Below, in pieces: positions 54,803 through 64,000 of a stretch of DNA of 64,000 bases. Origin of the DNA: an uncultured Enterobacteriaceae bacterium (GTDB lineage: Bacteria > Pseudomonadota > Gammaproteobacteria > Eutrophobiales > Eutrophobiaceae); the NCBI GenBank assembly GCA_964509455.1, contig CAZDXS010000075.1, positions 7,131-71,130 of the forward strand. The letters are read 5' to 3'. Numbering within the stretch: the first letter of the stretch is position 1; the number at the start of each line of letters is the position of its first letter. The notes under the pieces were generated by a model that was given only the letters and a program-made list of their open reading frames with translations, ran no database searches and was not told the origin of the DNA. Position numbers and translations under genes: made by a program.

Positions 54803-57800
54803 ATGACGACTGAAACGACGATAATAGGGCATCCTGAGTATTATCCCCTGCCGGATGGGGGTTATTATTATTATGACTACCTGCCGGGCGTGGGTCATTT
54901 TATAGATTACCTACCGGAATTTCCGGTCGAAAACACCCGTCCCGTTGGTACGGCGGATACCGGTGGACGCGGGGCCCGCATCGATAGTAATGGGGACGGC
55001 ACCGTTGACCGCATTGAGCTCTACGCGCGAGACGCCAATGGGCGCATCATTCGCACCGACATCGATGATGGTGCGGATGGTACCGTTGACCGCGTTGAGG
55101 TCTATACGCGGAATGCCGAGGGCAATATCATTCGCACGGATTTTTATGACGATGCGCACGGCGCCGCCGATCGCGTCGAGTTCTACACGCGGGACGCTCA
55201 GGGCAATATTATCCGCACCGACTTCGATGACGATGCGAACGGCACGGTGGATCGCACCGTGTCGCATCCACAGGATCCTGGGAATACCGCACCGCCGCCT
55301 GCGGTCTCCCCACCGCAACCGCCCGAGGATTCCTCTCCGGAACAGGACGGGGTTAACACGCAGTCCGGCGCCATCGAAGTCGATGCGGACCGGGATGGGC
55401 ACGTCGACTGGATTGCTTTCGACACGGACGGAGACGGCGCGTTTGACCGCGTCGAAACCTACCAGCGCAACGACAACGGCGACATCATCTTCACCGGCTT
55501 CGATGACGATGCGGACGGCGCCGTCGACCGCACCGAGACCTACGCGCGGAACGACAATAGCGGATTGGCCCGCATCGACTTCGATGACGACGCGGATGGG
55601 CATGTCGACCGGAGCATGTTCTTCGACGGCGGCAGTTTTCTCGCCGTTGATGCGGGGCGGGCCTCCAAGCCGGCGTTCGCAGACCTGGACGGCGACGGCG
55701 ACCTGGACCTGGCGGTGGGAGACCGCTACGGCGCCCTGCATTACTATCGCAACGACAGCGTTTATGACGGGGCCGGCGGCCTTGTCGACGCCCCGGCGTT
55801 CACGGCGCTGGAGGGCGCGGACAATCCTTTTGACGGCATAAACGATAACGTGAACTGGGCGGACGCCCATAGCCGCCAGGCCGCGCCGACCCTGGCGGAC
55901 CTGGACGGCGACGGCGACCTGGACCTGGCAGTGGGCAGAAAAACCGGCGGCGTCAGCTACTACGAGAATGTGGGCAATACCGCCGCCGCGGCGTTTGTGG
56001 AACGGACGGGCGCCGGCGACAATCCTTTCCATGGCCTTGCGGTGGGGAGCAGGACCTTGCCGACGCTGGCGGATCTGGACGGAGACGGCGACTTGGACCT
56101 GGTAGCGGGCAAGAAAAAAGGCGTCATCAACTATTTTGAGAATACGGGGAGCGCTTCGGCGCCGGCGTTCGTAAAACGGAAAGGGGCGGATAATCCGTTC
56201 AGCGGCTTCGAGGCGGATGTTCGTTCCGCGCCGGCGCTCGCAGACCTGGACGGGGACGGCGACCTGGACCTGGTAGCGGGCAGAAGAAACGGCGGCGTCA
56301 AATACTATGAGAATGTCGGCACTGCCGCGGCGCCGACGTTCGTGGAAAGGGCGAGCGATGCGGGCGCCGGCGCCAATCCTTTTCACGGCATCAATGTAGG
56401 CTGGCTCGCCGCGCCCGCCGTTGCGGACCTGGACGGGGACCAGGCGCCTGAGTTCGTTTTCGGCATGCTCACGGGGAAACTCCTCTACTACCAGTCCTTG
56501 CAGTCTTTGCAACCCCGCATTGAATCCTACGCACGGGACGCCCAAGGCAATATTATTCGCACCGATTTTGATGACGATGGGGACGGCACGACGGATCGCA
56601 CCGTGACGCACCCGCAGGATTCCGGGAATGCCGCCCCGCCGCCTGCGGTCGCCCCGCCGCAGCCGCCTGATGACTCCTCTCTGGAACAGACCGGGGTTAC
56701 CATGCAGTCCGGCGCCATCGAAGTCGATGCGGACCGGGACGGCCGCGTCGACTGGATTTTCTTTGACCCGGACGGAGACGGCGCGTTTGACCGCGTCGAG
56801 GTATATGTGCGCAACGACAACGGCGACGTCATTCTCACCGGCTACGATGACGATGCGGACGGCCATGTTGACCGCGACCATTTCGACCCGAACGCCGACG
56901 GCGCAGTAGATCGCATCGAGACCCATACCTGGGACGGCAACGGCCGCATCGCCCGCACCGCTTTCGATGACAATGCGGACGGGTCGGCGGACCGCATCGA
57001 GACATACGTGCGGAACAGCGACGGGGACGTCATCCAGACCGACTTCGATAGCGACGCCGACGGCATCGTCAATCGCCGCGAGTTTGATGCGGACGCCGAC
57101 GGCGCCCCGGAGCGCACCGCAACGGATGGGGACGATGACGGCACGATGGACCGAGTCGCATTTGACGCCAATGAGGACGGCACGGCGAACCGCATCGAGC
57201 ACGACGATGACGGCGATGGGCATGCCGACCGGGTGGAGTTTGACGCGAACGATGACGGCGTGGTGGACCGCATCGAGTCCCACGAGCGGGACGGCGCCGG
57301 GCGCATCATCCGCATCGAGTCCCACGAGCGGGACGGCGCCGGGCGCATCGAGTCCTACGGGCGGGACGGCGCCGGTCGCATCATCCGCATCGTCTTTGAC
57401 GATGACGCCGACGGTACGGCAGAGCGCATCGAGTCCTACACCCGGGACGGCGCCGGGCGCATCGCCCGCACCGCCTTTGACGACAATGCGGACAGCACGC
57501 TGGATCGCATCGAGACCTATGTACGCAACGGCGCCGGGGGCGTTATCCAGACCGATGTTGACAGCGACGCCGACGGCATCGTCAATCGCCGCGAGTTTGA
57601 CGCGGACGGCGACGGCGCCCCGGAGCGCACCGCAGTGGATGGGGACGATGACGGCACGATGGACCGGGTGGCATTTGACGCGAACGAGAACGGCACGGCC
57701 GAGCGCATCGAGTACGATGACGACGGCGATGGGACTGCCGACCGGGCCGGGTTTGACGCCGATGAAGACGGCACGGCCGAGCGCACCGAGACGTATGTGC

Positions 57801-59641
57801 GGAACGGCGCCGGCGGCATCATCCAGATCGACATCGATGACGATGCGGACGGGCGGACCGACCGCACCCACTTTGACGCCAATGCGGACGGCGCCCCGGA
57901 GCGCACCGAGGCCTACGCGCGGCTCCCCAATGGTCATATTCAGCGCACCGACTTCGATGACGACGCCGACGGCGCAGTAGATCGTATCGAGACCTACCTG
58001 CGCTACCCCAACGGCAATGTTCTGCGCACTGATTTTGACGATGATGCGGACGGGACAACAGACCGCATTGAAGTCTATGTGCGCAACGGCGCCGGCGAGG
58101 TCATTCGCATGGACGCCGACGACGATGCGGACAACCATATTGACCGCACCATCTTCGACGCCAATGCGGACGGCGCCCCGGAGCGCACCATTTCCTACGC
58201 GCGAAACAGCGACGGCGACATCATTCGCACCGACTACGACGACAACGGCGACGGCCGGGTGGACCGCAGCCACATTGATCCGAACGGGGACGGCGTTCTG
58301 GACCGCATCGAAACCTATTACGAGCGGGACGACCAAGGCAACAGCCGCCGCACCGGGTTTGACGACGATGCGGACAACACCGTGGACCGCATTGAGTCCT
58401 ACGCGCGGGACGTCAACGGCCGCATCATCCGCGCGGATTTTGACGACGATGCGGACGGCACGGCGGACCGCGTGGAGGTCTATGCGTGGAACACCGCCGG
58501 CGCCGTTATTGGCACGTACTACGATGACAACGTGGACGGGGTCATCGACCGGGCCGCGTTCGATGACGAGGGCGACGGCACGGTGGACCGCATTGAGACT
58601 TACTCCTACGACGCCCACGGGAACCTGATCAAAAAAGTGATGGCGGTGGGCGGCGAGGGGGATGCCGGGGACGCCCCCGCCGCGGAGCCCGAGGGCGCCG
58701 GCCTGGGGCGCTCTGCCGCGGGCGCTCCTGATGCGCGGGGCGTTGCCGGCAAGGAAACCGTGGCCGCCGGCGCGGCGGTCGCGCGCACTCCGTTCGAGTC
58801 CATGCTGGATGATCTGGGAGACGGCGCCGTCATTCGCTCCGAGACCTACACGCGCAATGCGGCCGGGGACGTGGTGCGCACCGATTACGATGAGGGCGAT
58901 GACGGCATCGTGGAGCGTTCCAGTTTTGATGAGGCCGGAGACGGCATCGTGGACCGCTCCGAGACCTACGCGCACAATGCCGCCGGGGGCGTGGTGCGGG
59001 CCGAGGTGGAGCAGGACGGCGATGCTCTCGTGGATGAATACCGCTACGACCACGACGCCAACGGCCGGGTTGACTGGGTGGGCCGCGACGGCGACAACGA
59101 CGGCATGATGGAGCGGCTGGAGTTTCACGGGCAGTGGGGCGCCGCCGGCAATACGGTCGTACACACGATAACGTTGTTGGGCGCCGGCCCCGCCTACACG
59201 GTCGCTTTCCACGATGGCGACGGTTTGCTGTTGGCGTCCGGCTGGAGCAATGCCGGCCCCGGCGCCCTGGACGGCTTTGCGTACTCCGCCGGCCTTGATG
59301 TCGTGTCCGAGTTGCAGCCCGCGGCAACGCCAGGCGTTGCTAACGCGACTCTCCCTATTGATGCCACCCTCCTGGCGGGCGTTGCGCACATCGACCTGGC
59401 GGGTGCAGGCGCCGGCAGCACGGACCTGACCCTATCCGCCGCGGCGCTGGCGGTGCTGGCGGACGGCGACGGCAACTACCAGCTTCGCATTGACGGCGAC
59501 GGCGACGACACGCTGCGCTTCGACTTGGACGACTTCGCCCGGGGCGACGACATCGCCGTGGCCGGCGAGAACTACGAGCAGTACGCCGGCACAACCGGCA
59601 GCTTCATCGTGGATCCGGACGTAACCCTGGTCACCGCATAA
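54803..59641 (+). CDS. Giant repeat protein paralog (about 1612 aa), same architecture
   Basis: The RBS GGGGAGGG is present. Long runs of the 24-aa D.DDDADG..DR.E.Y.R...G.I.RTD repeat occur. FG-GAP-like units are present. The C-terminus ...GSFIVDPDVTLVTA* is nearly identical to that of the 2720-aa paralog. Confidence 0.85.
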   Translation: MTTETTIIGHPEYYPLPDGGYYYYDYLPGVGHFIDYLPEFPVENTRPVGTADTGGRGARIDSNGDGTVDRIELYARDANGRIIRTDIDDGADGTVDRVEVYTRNAEGNIIRTDFYDDAHGAADRVEFYTRDAQGNIIRTDFDDDANGTVDRTVSHPQDPGNTAPPPAVSPPQPPEDSSPEQDGVNTQSGAIEVDADRDGHVDWIAFDTDGDGAFDRVETYQRNDNGDIIFTGFDDDADGAVDRTETYARNDNSGLARIDFDDDADGHVDRSMFFDGGSFLAVDAGRASKPAFADLDGDGDLDLAVGDRYGALHYYRNDSVYDGAGGLVDAPAFTALEGADNPFDGINDNVNWADAHSRQAAPTLADLDGDGDLDLAVGRKTGGVSYYENVGNTAAAAFVERTGAGDNPFHGLAVGSRTLPTLADLDGDGDLDLVAGKKKGVINYFENTGSASAPAFVKRKGADNPFSGFEADVRSAPALADLDGDGDLDLVAGRRNGGVKYYENVGTAAAPTFVERASDAGAGANPFHGINVGWLAAPAVADLDGDQAPEFVFGMLTGKLLYYQSLQSLQPRIESYARDAQGNIIRTDFDDDGDGTTDRTVTHPQDSGNAAPPPAVAPPQPPDDSSLEQTGVTMQSGAIEVDADRDGRVDWIFFDPDGDGAFDRVEVYVRNDNGDVILTGYDDDADGHVDRDHFDPNADGAVDRIETHTWDGNGRIARTAFDDNADGSADRIETYVRNSDGDVIQTDFDSDADGIVNRREFDADADGAPERTATDGDDDGTMDRVAFDANEDGTANRIEHDDDGDGHADRVEFDANDDGVVDRIESHERDGAGRIIRIESHERDGAGRIESYGRDGAGRIIRIVFDDDADGTAERIESYTRDGAGRIARTAFDDNADSTLDRIETYVRNGAGGVIQTDVDSDADGIVNRREFDADGDGAPERTAVDGDDDGTMDRVAFDANENGTAERIEYDDDGDGTADRAGFDADEDGTAERTETYVRNGAGGIIQIDIDDDADGRTDRTHFDANADGAPERTEAYARLPNGHIQRTDFDDDADGAVDRIETYLRYPNGNVLRTDFDDDADGTTDRIEVYVRNGAGEVIRMDADDDADNHIDRTIFDANADGAPERTISYARNSDGDIIRTDYDDNGDGRVDRSHIDPNGDGVLDRIETYYERDDQGNSRRTGFDDDADNTVDRIESYARDVNGRIIRADFDDDADGTADRVEVYAWNTAGAVIGTYYDDNVDGVIDRAAFDDEGDGTVDRIETYSYDAHGNLIKKVMAVGGEGDAGDAPAAEPEGAGLGRSAAGAPDARGVAGKETVAAGAAVARTPFESMLDDLGDGAVIRSETYTRNAAGDVVRTDYDEGDDGIVERSSFDEAGDGIVDRSETYAHNAAGGVVRAEVEQDGDALVDEYRYDHDANGRVDWVGRDGDNDGMMERLEFHGQWGAAGNTVVHTITLLGAGPAYTVAFHDGDGLLLASGWSNAGPGALDGFAYSAGLDVVSELQPAATPGVANATLPIDATLLAGVAHIDLAGAGAGSTDLTLSAAALAVLADGDGNYQLRIDGDGDDTLRFDLDDFARGDDIAVAGENYEQYAGTTGSFIVDPDVTLVTA

Positions 59642-59828
59642 CAGCCGATACTCTGCCCGGCAACGCCCGGCCGGTCATTCCCGCCCCCGCCCGCGCCGGT
59701 TCTTCTCCGCCTGCACGGCGCCGCCGCGTTGCCTGCGGCGCACAGGCGCCCTGGCGGGCGCTTCCGCCCCGCCCGTCCTGGCGGGAATTCCACCGCTTGA
59801 CGCCTCCCGCCGGCGTTGCCCCATAAGG

Positions 59829-59857
59829 AAAAAGCCGATCCGAGGACCGGCTTTTTC
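59829..59857. terminator. Bidirectional rho-independent terminator
   Basis: aaaaaGCCGATCcgagGACCGGCttttt is a GC-rich hairpin flanked by an A-run and a T-run. It lies between convergent genes. Confidence 0.7.
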
Positions 59858-59877
59858 GGTTCAGCAAGCCAAGCGAG

Positions 59878-60162
59878 CTACTGCAACAGTTTCCTGTAGG
59901 TCAGCATTGAATCGATGGTCTTGATGGCGCACTCAAGCCCTTCTCGGACCACCGCATCTTCAAGGCTTTCCTTGCTTTTGGCGCGCGAGCTCTTGGAGGC
60001 GTTTTCCCGAACCTTGTCGTACGCACGGTCGACAAGCTCCGGTTTTACCTCCTTGAACGCGCACTTGAGCAACGTCTCCCGCGCCTCGGCCATGAAAGGA
60101 CTGGCGACGGCAGTGCTGCCCAGCACAAAAAGCAGGACAACCAATAACATGTATCTCTTCAT
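59878..60162 (-). CDS. Small secreted hypothetical protein (about 94 aa)
   Basis: The signal peptide is MKRYMLLVVLLFVLGSTAVASP. The remainder is helical and Lys/Glu-rich. Confidence 0.5.
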   Translation of the reverse strand: MKRYMLLVVLLFVLGSTAVASPFMAEARETLLKCAFKEVKPELVDRAYDKVRENASKSSRAKSKESLEDAVVREGLECAIKTIDSMLTYRKLLQ

Positions 60163-60344
60163 CAGGTTTCTCCCGTGGTGTGACCCGCGAGGGATGACTG
60201 ACGCCCAAGGGCGCGTCACCGCCCCTGGGTTGGTTGCTGTGTAACATGTCCATAGAGGACATGATCATCCCGCGTAGCGGGTATGATTCCTGCGGCGCTT
60301 CCGGCCCGACCGAAAACGCCGCGGCGATGCCGCGAAGAAGCGCA

Positions 60345-61484
60345 TCACCAGTATCTCGCACAAAAGTTCCAACCGCCGGGGGTCGAGGTGAACAAGCAAC
60401 ACATGCCGGGCACGGGGTAGTACGGGCGGGTATCCCCGGGGCACCTGTCGGCGCACGGTATCGCGCCGTCGACCACCCGTTCTTCCGTTTCGCAGTTCCT
60501 CAGGGTGCGGGTCTGGGTCAGCGCGAAGCCTTCGCACGCGGTGTCTTGATGCGGACTCCAGTCGGCGGCGGGGCAACTCCGGCACGCTTTTTGTCCCGTC
60601 GTGCGGCGCTGTTGCCTGTCGCAGTTCGCCAGGGTGCGGGACTGGACAAACTCCAGGTCGTTGCACACCTCGGCGGCGACCGGGGACCAGTCGGCGGCGG
60701 GGCAAACGCCGCAGGACTTGGTCCCGGCGATCATGCGCCGCTGAACAGTGCAGTCCGCCATGGTGCGAGTCTGCGCCATGTCCACGTCGGCGCACACGGC
60801 GTTCCGGTCCGGGGACCAATCGCCGGCCTCGCAAGCGGCGCAGGATTTGACGCCGGCGACCACCCGTTGCTCGGTTTCGCAGTTTTCCAGGGTGCGGGTC
60901 TGGGTTATTTCCACGTCGTCGCAGGCGGTGCTGCGGGCCGGGGTCCAGTCGGTAGCGGCGCAGGTCGGCGGCTCGGGTTCGCAGGGGCCGTTGTCGACCC
61001 GGCGGGAGCGGGTTTCCGCAGGCGCCGCGCAGGTGTTGGGACAGGGATTGACGGCGCCGCCCGTGGAACAGGTGCGCCGCTCCGTATATTGATGGACGCC
61101 GCAGGCGCTGGGGACGGGGTCTGTTGCGGCCCACGCCGACCACGGGTTCTCGATGAACTCGCACCAGTTCTTGTCGGCCCGGTTCTTGATGTGGTCCAGG
61201 AAGTTGTCAAACGCCGCCCGGTCTTTCAGCACCACGGGAAAACCGCCGCTGCGGGCCGGGTCCACCCACAGCTTGTAGGGATGGCCGGCGGCGCTGCGGT
61301 AGCGCCGCACGATGTTCATATCGTCCGCCGGCCACAGGATCATGATGTCCGGCTGGCCCGCCTGCCAGTAGCCGTGGTCGCCGGCGGCATTGCGACTCTT
61401 GATGGTGTCGCTGATGGTTTGCGCGGCGGCGGGCAGCCACGCCGCCGCCGGCAACAGGAACAGGAACAGGATGAAAATACGCAT
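60345..61484 (-). CDS. Secreted Cys-rich protein with five tandem repeats of about 35 aa
   Basis: The signal peptide is MRIFILFLFLLPAAAWLPAAA. The repeat consensus is C.aADWSP....C.D.e..QtRTL.NC....R...G.K.C, 5 copies. Confidence 0.6.
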   Translation of the reverse strand: MRIFILFLFLLPAAAWLPAAAQTISDTIKSRNAAGDHGYWQAGQPDIMILWPADDMNIVRRYRSAAGHPYKLWVDPARSGGFPVVLKDRAAFDNFLDHIKNRADKNWCEFIENPWSAWAATDPVPSACGVHQYTERRTCSTGGAVNPCPNTCAAPAETRSRRVDNGPCEPEPPTCAATDWTPARSTACDDVEITQTRTLENCETEQRVVAGVKSCAACEAGDWSPDRNAVCADVDMAQTRTMADCTVQRRMIAGTKSCGVCPAADWSPVAAEVCNDLEFVQSRTLANCDRQQRRTTGQKACRSCPAADWSPHQDTACEGFALTQTRTLRNCETEERVVDGAIPCADRCPGDTRPYYPVPGMCCLFTSTPGGWNFCARYW

Positions 61485-61494
61485 GATTCCGCCC

Positions 61495-62112
61495 TCAGGG
61501 GTTGATGTTGATGTCGTTGAACGTGCCGCTGGAGCCGACGATGATGTCGGCCTCCACGGTGCCGGTAGCCGCGGCGTTGCGGGCCCGGAGACGAAACACG
61601 TCGGTCAAGGAGTTCTGGTTCAGGTCCAGCGCATCGCCGATGCCGGCGGCAAAGCGCAGCTGGCCGGTCATCTCGTCGCCGGCCCGTTGCACGAACTCGT
61701 CCAGCAGGGCCAGGTCGGTGGGGTCGGCGAAACCCACGGTGAGCAGGTTGCCGGCGACCTGGGCGACGGCGCCCAGGCGCGCCGCCGTGCGCGCCGCCTG
61801 GGCGTTGCTCTCCGCCTGGTACTGTATGATCAGCCCCGGCGGGGTGGTGTTGACGAAAGAGAAGTCCGGGTCCGGGTCCCACACCGGCAGGTAACCGGCG
61901 GCGACCAGCGCGGCGATGTCCGCGGCGTAACTGCCGGCGCCCGGGTTGGCGGGGTCGGAGATGAACCGGTGCTGCGCCAGGGCCAGCTGCACGATGGTGT
62001 TTTGCACCCGGTCCGGTTCCAGGGAGCGGGCGCGCTCTTCTATGCGCAGACTCAGCCCCAGGGACATCATGCCGAAAATCAGCATGAAATAGATGGTGGG
62101 AAGCACGTTCAC
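61495..62112 (-). CDS. Membrane-anchored hypothetical protein (single N-terminal TM)
   Basis: The N-terminus is MNVLPTIYFMLIFGMMSLGLSL. It is operonic with the genes below. Confidence 0.45.
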   Translation of the reverse strand: MNVLPTIYFMLIFGMMSLGLSLRIEERARSLEPDRVQNTIVQLALAQHRFISDPANPGAGSYAADIAALVAAGYLPVWDPDPDFSFVNTTPPGLIIQYQAESNAQAARTAARLGAVAQVAGNLLTVGFADPTDLALLDEFVQRAGDEMTGQLRFAAGIGDALDLNQNSLTDVFRLRARNAAATGTVEADIIVGSSGTFNDININP

Positions 62113-62561
62113 AGCGGGTCACAGGAGAAGTCGCGGCCGGCGTAGGCCAACAGGTTGTAGCTGCTGTTGGCCGCCCGAAAGAAGGTGAGGTCCTGCTGCG
62201 GCAGGAAGGTGTAGGAGCCGTCCGCTTCGAACGCGCCCAGGGTGCGGCCGGCCAGGAAGGCCTGGAAGCCGTTGTTGCCGCGCACGTTGATGCTGAGGCC
62301 CGGGTGCGCCGCCAGCCGCCAAGTAATCACCGCGCCTTGGTCGTCGAAGCCGGCAGGCAGGCTGCCCGCCGCCCGCAACTGGGCGGCGTCGGCCACGCCC
62401 GGCAGGGCGGCGCAGTGGTTGCCGACGTAGTGGACGGCGGCTGCTTGCAGGTCCTCCAGCGCCTGCTGGTACCGGCGGTCGCGGCGGTGCGGCTCCATGG
62501 CCAGGACCATGCCCGCGGCGAACAGCGACGACAGGACGAAGTAGTGCAACAGGGCGACCAT
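62109..62561 (-). CDS. Membrane-anchored hypothetical protein
   Basis: The start was taken at MVALLHYFVLSSLFAAGMVLA, after the upstream stop. The ORF-track extension was rejected. Confidence 0.4.
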   Translation of the reverse strand: MVALLHYFVLSSLFAAGMVLAMEPHRRDRRYQQALEDLQAAAVHYVGNHCAALPGVADAAQLRAAGSLPAGFDDQGAVITWRLAAHPGLSINVRGNNGFQAFLAGRTLGAFEADGSYTFLPQQDLTFFRAANSSYNLLAYAGRDFSCDPL

Positions 62562-62563
62562 GA

Positions 62564-63004
62564 TCACTCGATCCGCACGGTCAAGGTGCCGCCGGCGCAT
62601 CGGTGGTCGGCGTCGGCGTCTGTTACGTTCTGCCAGAACTCGTTCCGCGCCCGTTGCAACAGCCAGTTGCAACTTTCCGGGTCGCCGGCGTCGTAGGTGA
62701 CAATGGGGATGCCAGCCAACGGCAAGGCGGTGATGGTGGTCTCGATGATGCTTTCATCGGTGCCGTTGTTGTAGCGCTCGGAGTCCAGGTAGCCGTTGGT
62801 CACCAGGGCGGCGAAATTGTTCCCGACGCCGACGGCGTTGCGGTTGATCCAGGCATACTCCGAGGCGGCGTTGACGATGTTGATGACCTCCGCCTCCATG
62901 TTCTGGTTCTCCACGTTGTTCACCAGGGGCGACAGGGCGTTGTAGGCTCCGGCGCCGACCACGGTAGCGATGATCAATCCAAATACTATGGCGACTTGAT
63001 TCAC
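62564..63004 (-). CDS. Small N-terminally anchored protein, possibly pilin/pseudopilin-like
   Basis: The N-terminus is MNQVAIVFGLIIATVVGAGAY. It lies immediately downstream of a GspF-domain gene. There is no canonical GFTLIE motif. Confidence 0.4.
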   Translation of the reverse strand: MNQVAIVFGLIIATVVGAGAYNALSPLVNNVENQNMEAEVINIVNAASEYAWINRNAVGVGNNFAALVTNGYLDSERYNNGTDESIIETTITALPLAGIPIVTYDAGDPESCNWLLQRARNEFWQNVTDADADHRCAGGTLTVRIE

Positions 63005-63028
63005 GAGATTTCTCCTAATGGATGGTGG

Positions 63029-63988
63029 TTAAAGTTGCATGCCCATCCCCATGGCGGCCAGCGCAAAGGGAATGGTCACGAGCAGGCTGACGCCCAGGGA
63101 CGCCAGCAGGTAAAAAAATCGGTACGCGGCAACGGCCGTATCCAGCTGGATTTGCAACATGCGCGCCGCCGCTTCGCAACCGGACGCCAGCTCTTCCGGC
63201 GTCTCGTTGGGGGCGCAGGACTTGATGTGGGCGCAGGTGCGCGGGGAGAGGACTCCCTCCAGGACCTGCGCCAAGGACGTTTCCGTCAACCGGCGGCGGC
63301 CTTGCTCCAGCCTCTCGACGAACAGGCGGTCGCGCCGGAAAGCCTGTTGCATGACCAGCAGGAACTCGCCGGCCGGCAACCGGGCCCGCACCAGGGGCTG
63401 GGCAATGGCCAGGAACTGCAACTCCAGCAGCATGGCGTACAGGTTGAAACAACCCAGGCGCCGCAACATCCCCCGGGCCGGCTCCCCCAAGCGGTACAAG
63501 GCCCAGCGATACAACAAGGCGATGACGGCGGCCGCCAGGGCCAGGGGCAACCACCAGGTCTGGATGAAGAGCAGGCCGTCGAAGAACCACTGGTAGCCGC
63601 GCGAATAGGCCTGCAGGTACGGCAGGGCGTACAGGGACAACACGATCATGACCAGCGTCAAGAAGAGCCACTGGAAGCAGGGGGCAAGCACCCGCAGGAC
63701 GACGGCGCCGCGGTCAATCCGGTTGTCCAGCAACAGTTGCGCCGCCTGCGCCAGGCAATCGTGGCGCTCGCCCAGGATGAGCAGGGCGGTCTCCGTTTCA
63801 TTGAAGAAGCCGGCCTCGTGGTAGTGGGCGGCGAAAGGCTGGTTGTTGCGAATGGCTTTCTTGCTCAGCCGCGCGATTTCCTGGAAGGCCGGCATGCTTT
63901 CCTGTTGCTGAACGGCGTCGAAGATCTGCAACAGGGCGAAGCGGCTGCGGGTGTATTCGCGCAACGTGGCGTAAAAACAGGCGCGCAC
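63029..63988 (-). CDS. Single-domain T2SS-F family protein (TcpE/BfpE/TadB-like pilus platform); may be truncated by the window end
   Basis: GspF-type motifs LLILGERHDCLAQAAQLL are present, with TM segments on either side and a C-terminal TM. The ORF reaches to within 12 nt of the window end. Confidence 0.5.
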   Translation of the reverse strand: MRACFYATLREYTRSRFALLQIFDAVQQQESMPAFQEIARLSKKAIRNNQPFAAHYHEAGFFNETETALLILGERHDCLAQAAQLLLDNRIDRGAVVLRVLAPCFQWLFLTLVMIVLSLYALPYLQAYSRGYQWFFDGLLFIQTWWLPLALAAAVIALLYRWALYRLGEPARGMLRRLGCFNLYAMLLELQFLAIAQPLVRARLPAGEFLLVMQQAFRRDRLFVERLEQGRRRLTETSLAQVLEGVLSPRTCAHIKSCAPNETPEELASGCEAAARMLQIQLDTAVAAYRFFYLLASLGVSLLVTIPFALAAMGMGMQL

Positions 63989-64000
63989 GCTCTGGTTGAA

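Noticed and set aside
60234-61505. 423-aa plus-strand ORF
   Set aside because: It is antisense to the Cys-rich repeat protein gene, which has a clear signal peptide and repeat structure.

Overview
This is a high-GC window (about 70% G+C) of proteobacterial chromosome. It reads like an accessory region sitting between housekeeping genes.

Housekeeping and metabolic genes: the 3' part of uvrD and a likely gshA lie at 1-2.9 kb. tRNA-Leu(CAA) and tRNA-Arg(CCT) are present. pgi, dxs and a phosphonate-biosynthesis gene set (nucleotidyltransferase, PEP mutase/nucleotidyltransferase fusion, phosphonopyruvate decarboxylase) lie at 35-43 kb. A DUF1302-like/LolA-like/RND (MMPL) trio lies at 43-48 kb.

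Accessory content:
- A long minus-strand MSHA-like type IV pilus operon (about 3.6-20.1 kb): secretin, TPR protein, GspE ATPase, GspF platform, PilM/N-like, PilO-like, lipoprotein, a large MshQ-like repeat protein of about 980 aa, two prepilin-type proteins, and an embedded ABC-2 transporter.
- Three giant paralogous repeat proteins (2720, 1736 and 1612 aa). They have FG-GAP-like propeller repeats, a novel 24-aa Asp-rich YD-like repeat and a shared C-terminal domain of about 150 aa, and no signal peptide.
- A HEPN/MNT (HI0074/HI0073) toxin-antitoxin pair.
- A radical-SAM/Cys-rich-domain protein with its two partner transferases.
- A Sel1-repeat protein.
- A Cys-rich five-repeat secreted protein.
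- A second pilus-like locus (TcpE/GspF-domain protein plus small membrane-anchored proteins) cut by the window end.

The most unusual observation is pervasive, diverged tandem duplication spanning gene junctions. At 11 or more loci the 3' end of one gene and the 5' (or 3') end of its neighbour are duplicated 2-4 times. This produces arrays of small chimeric ORFs, and at the pilin gene it produces silent variant copies of the C-terminal disulfide-loop region. No CRISPR arrays, transposases or rRNA genes were seen.
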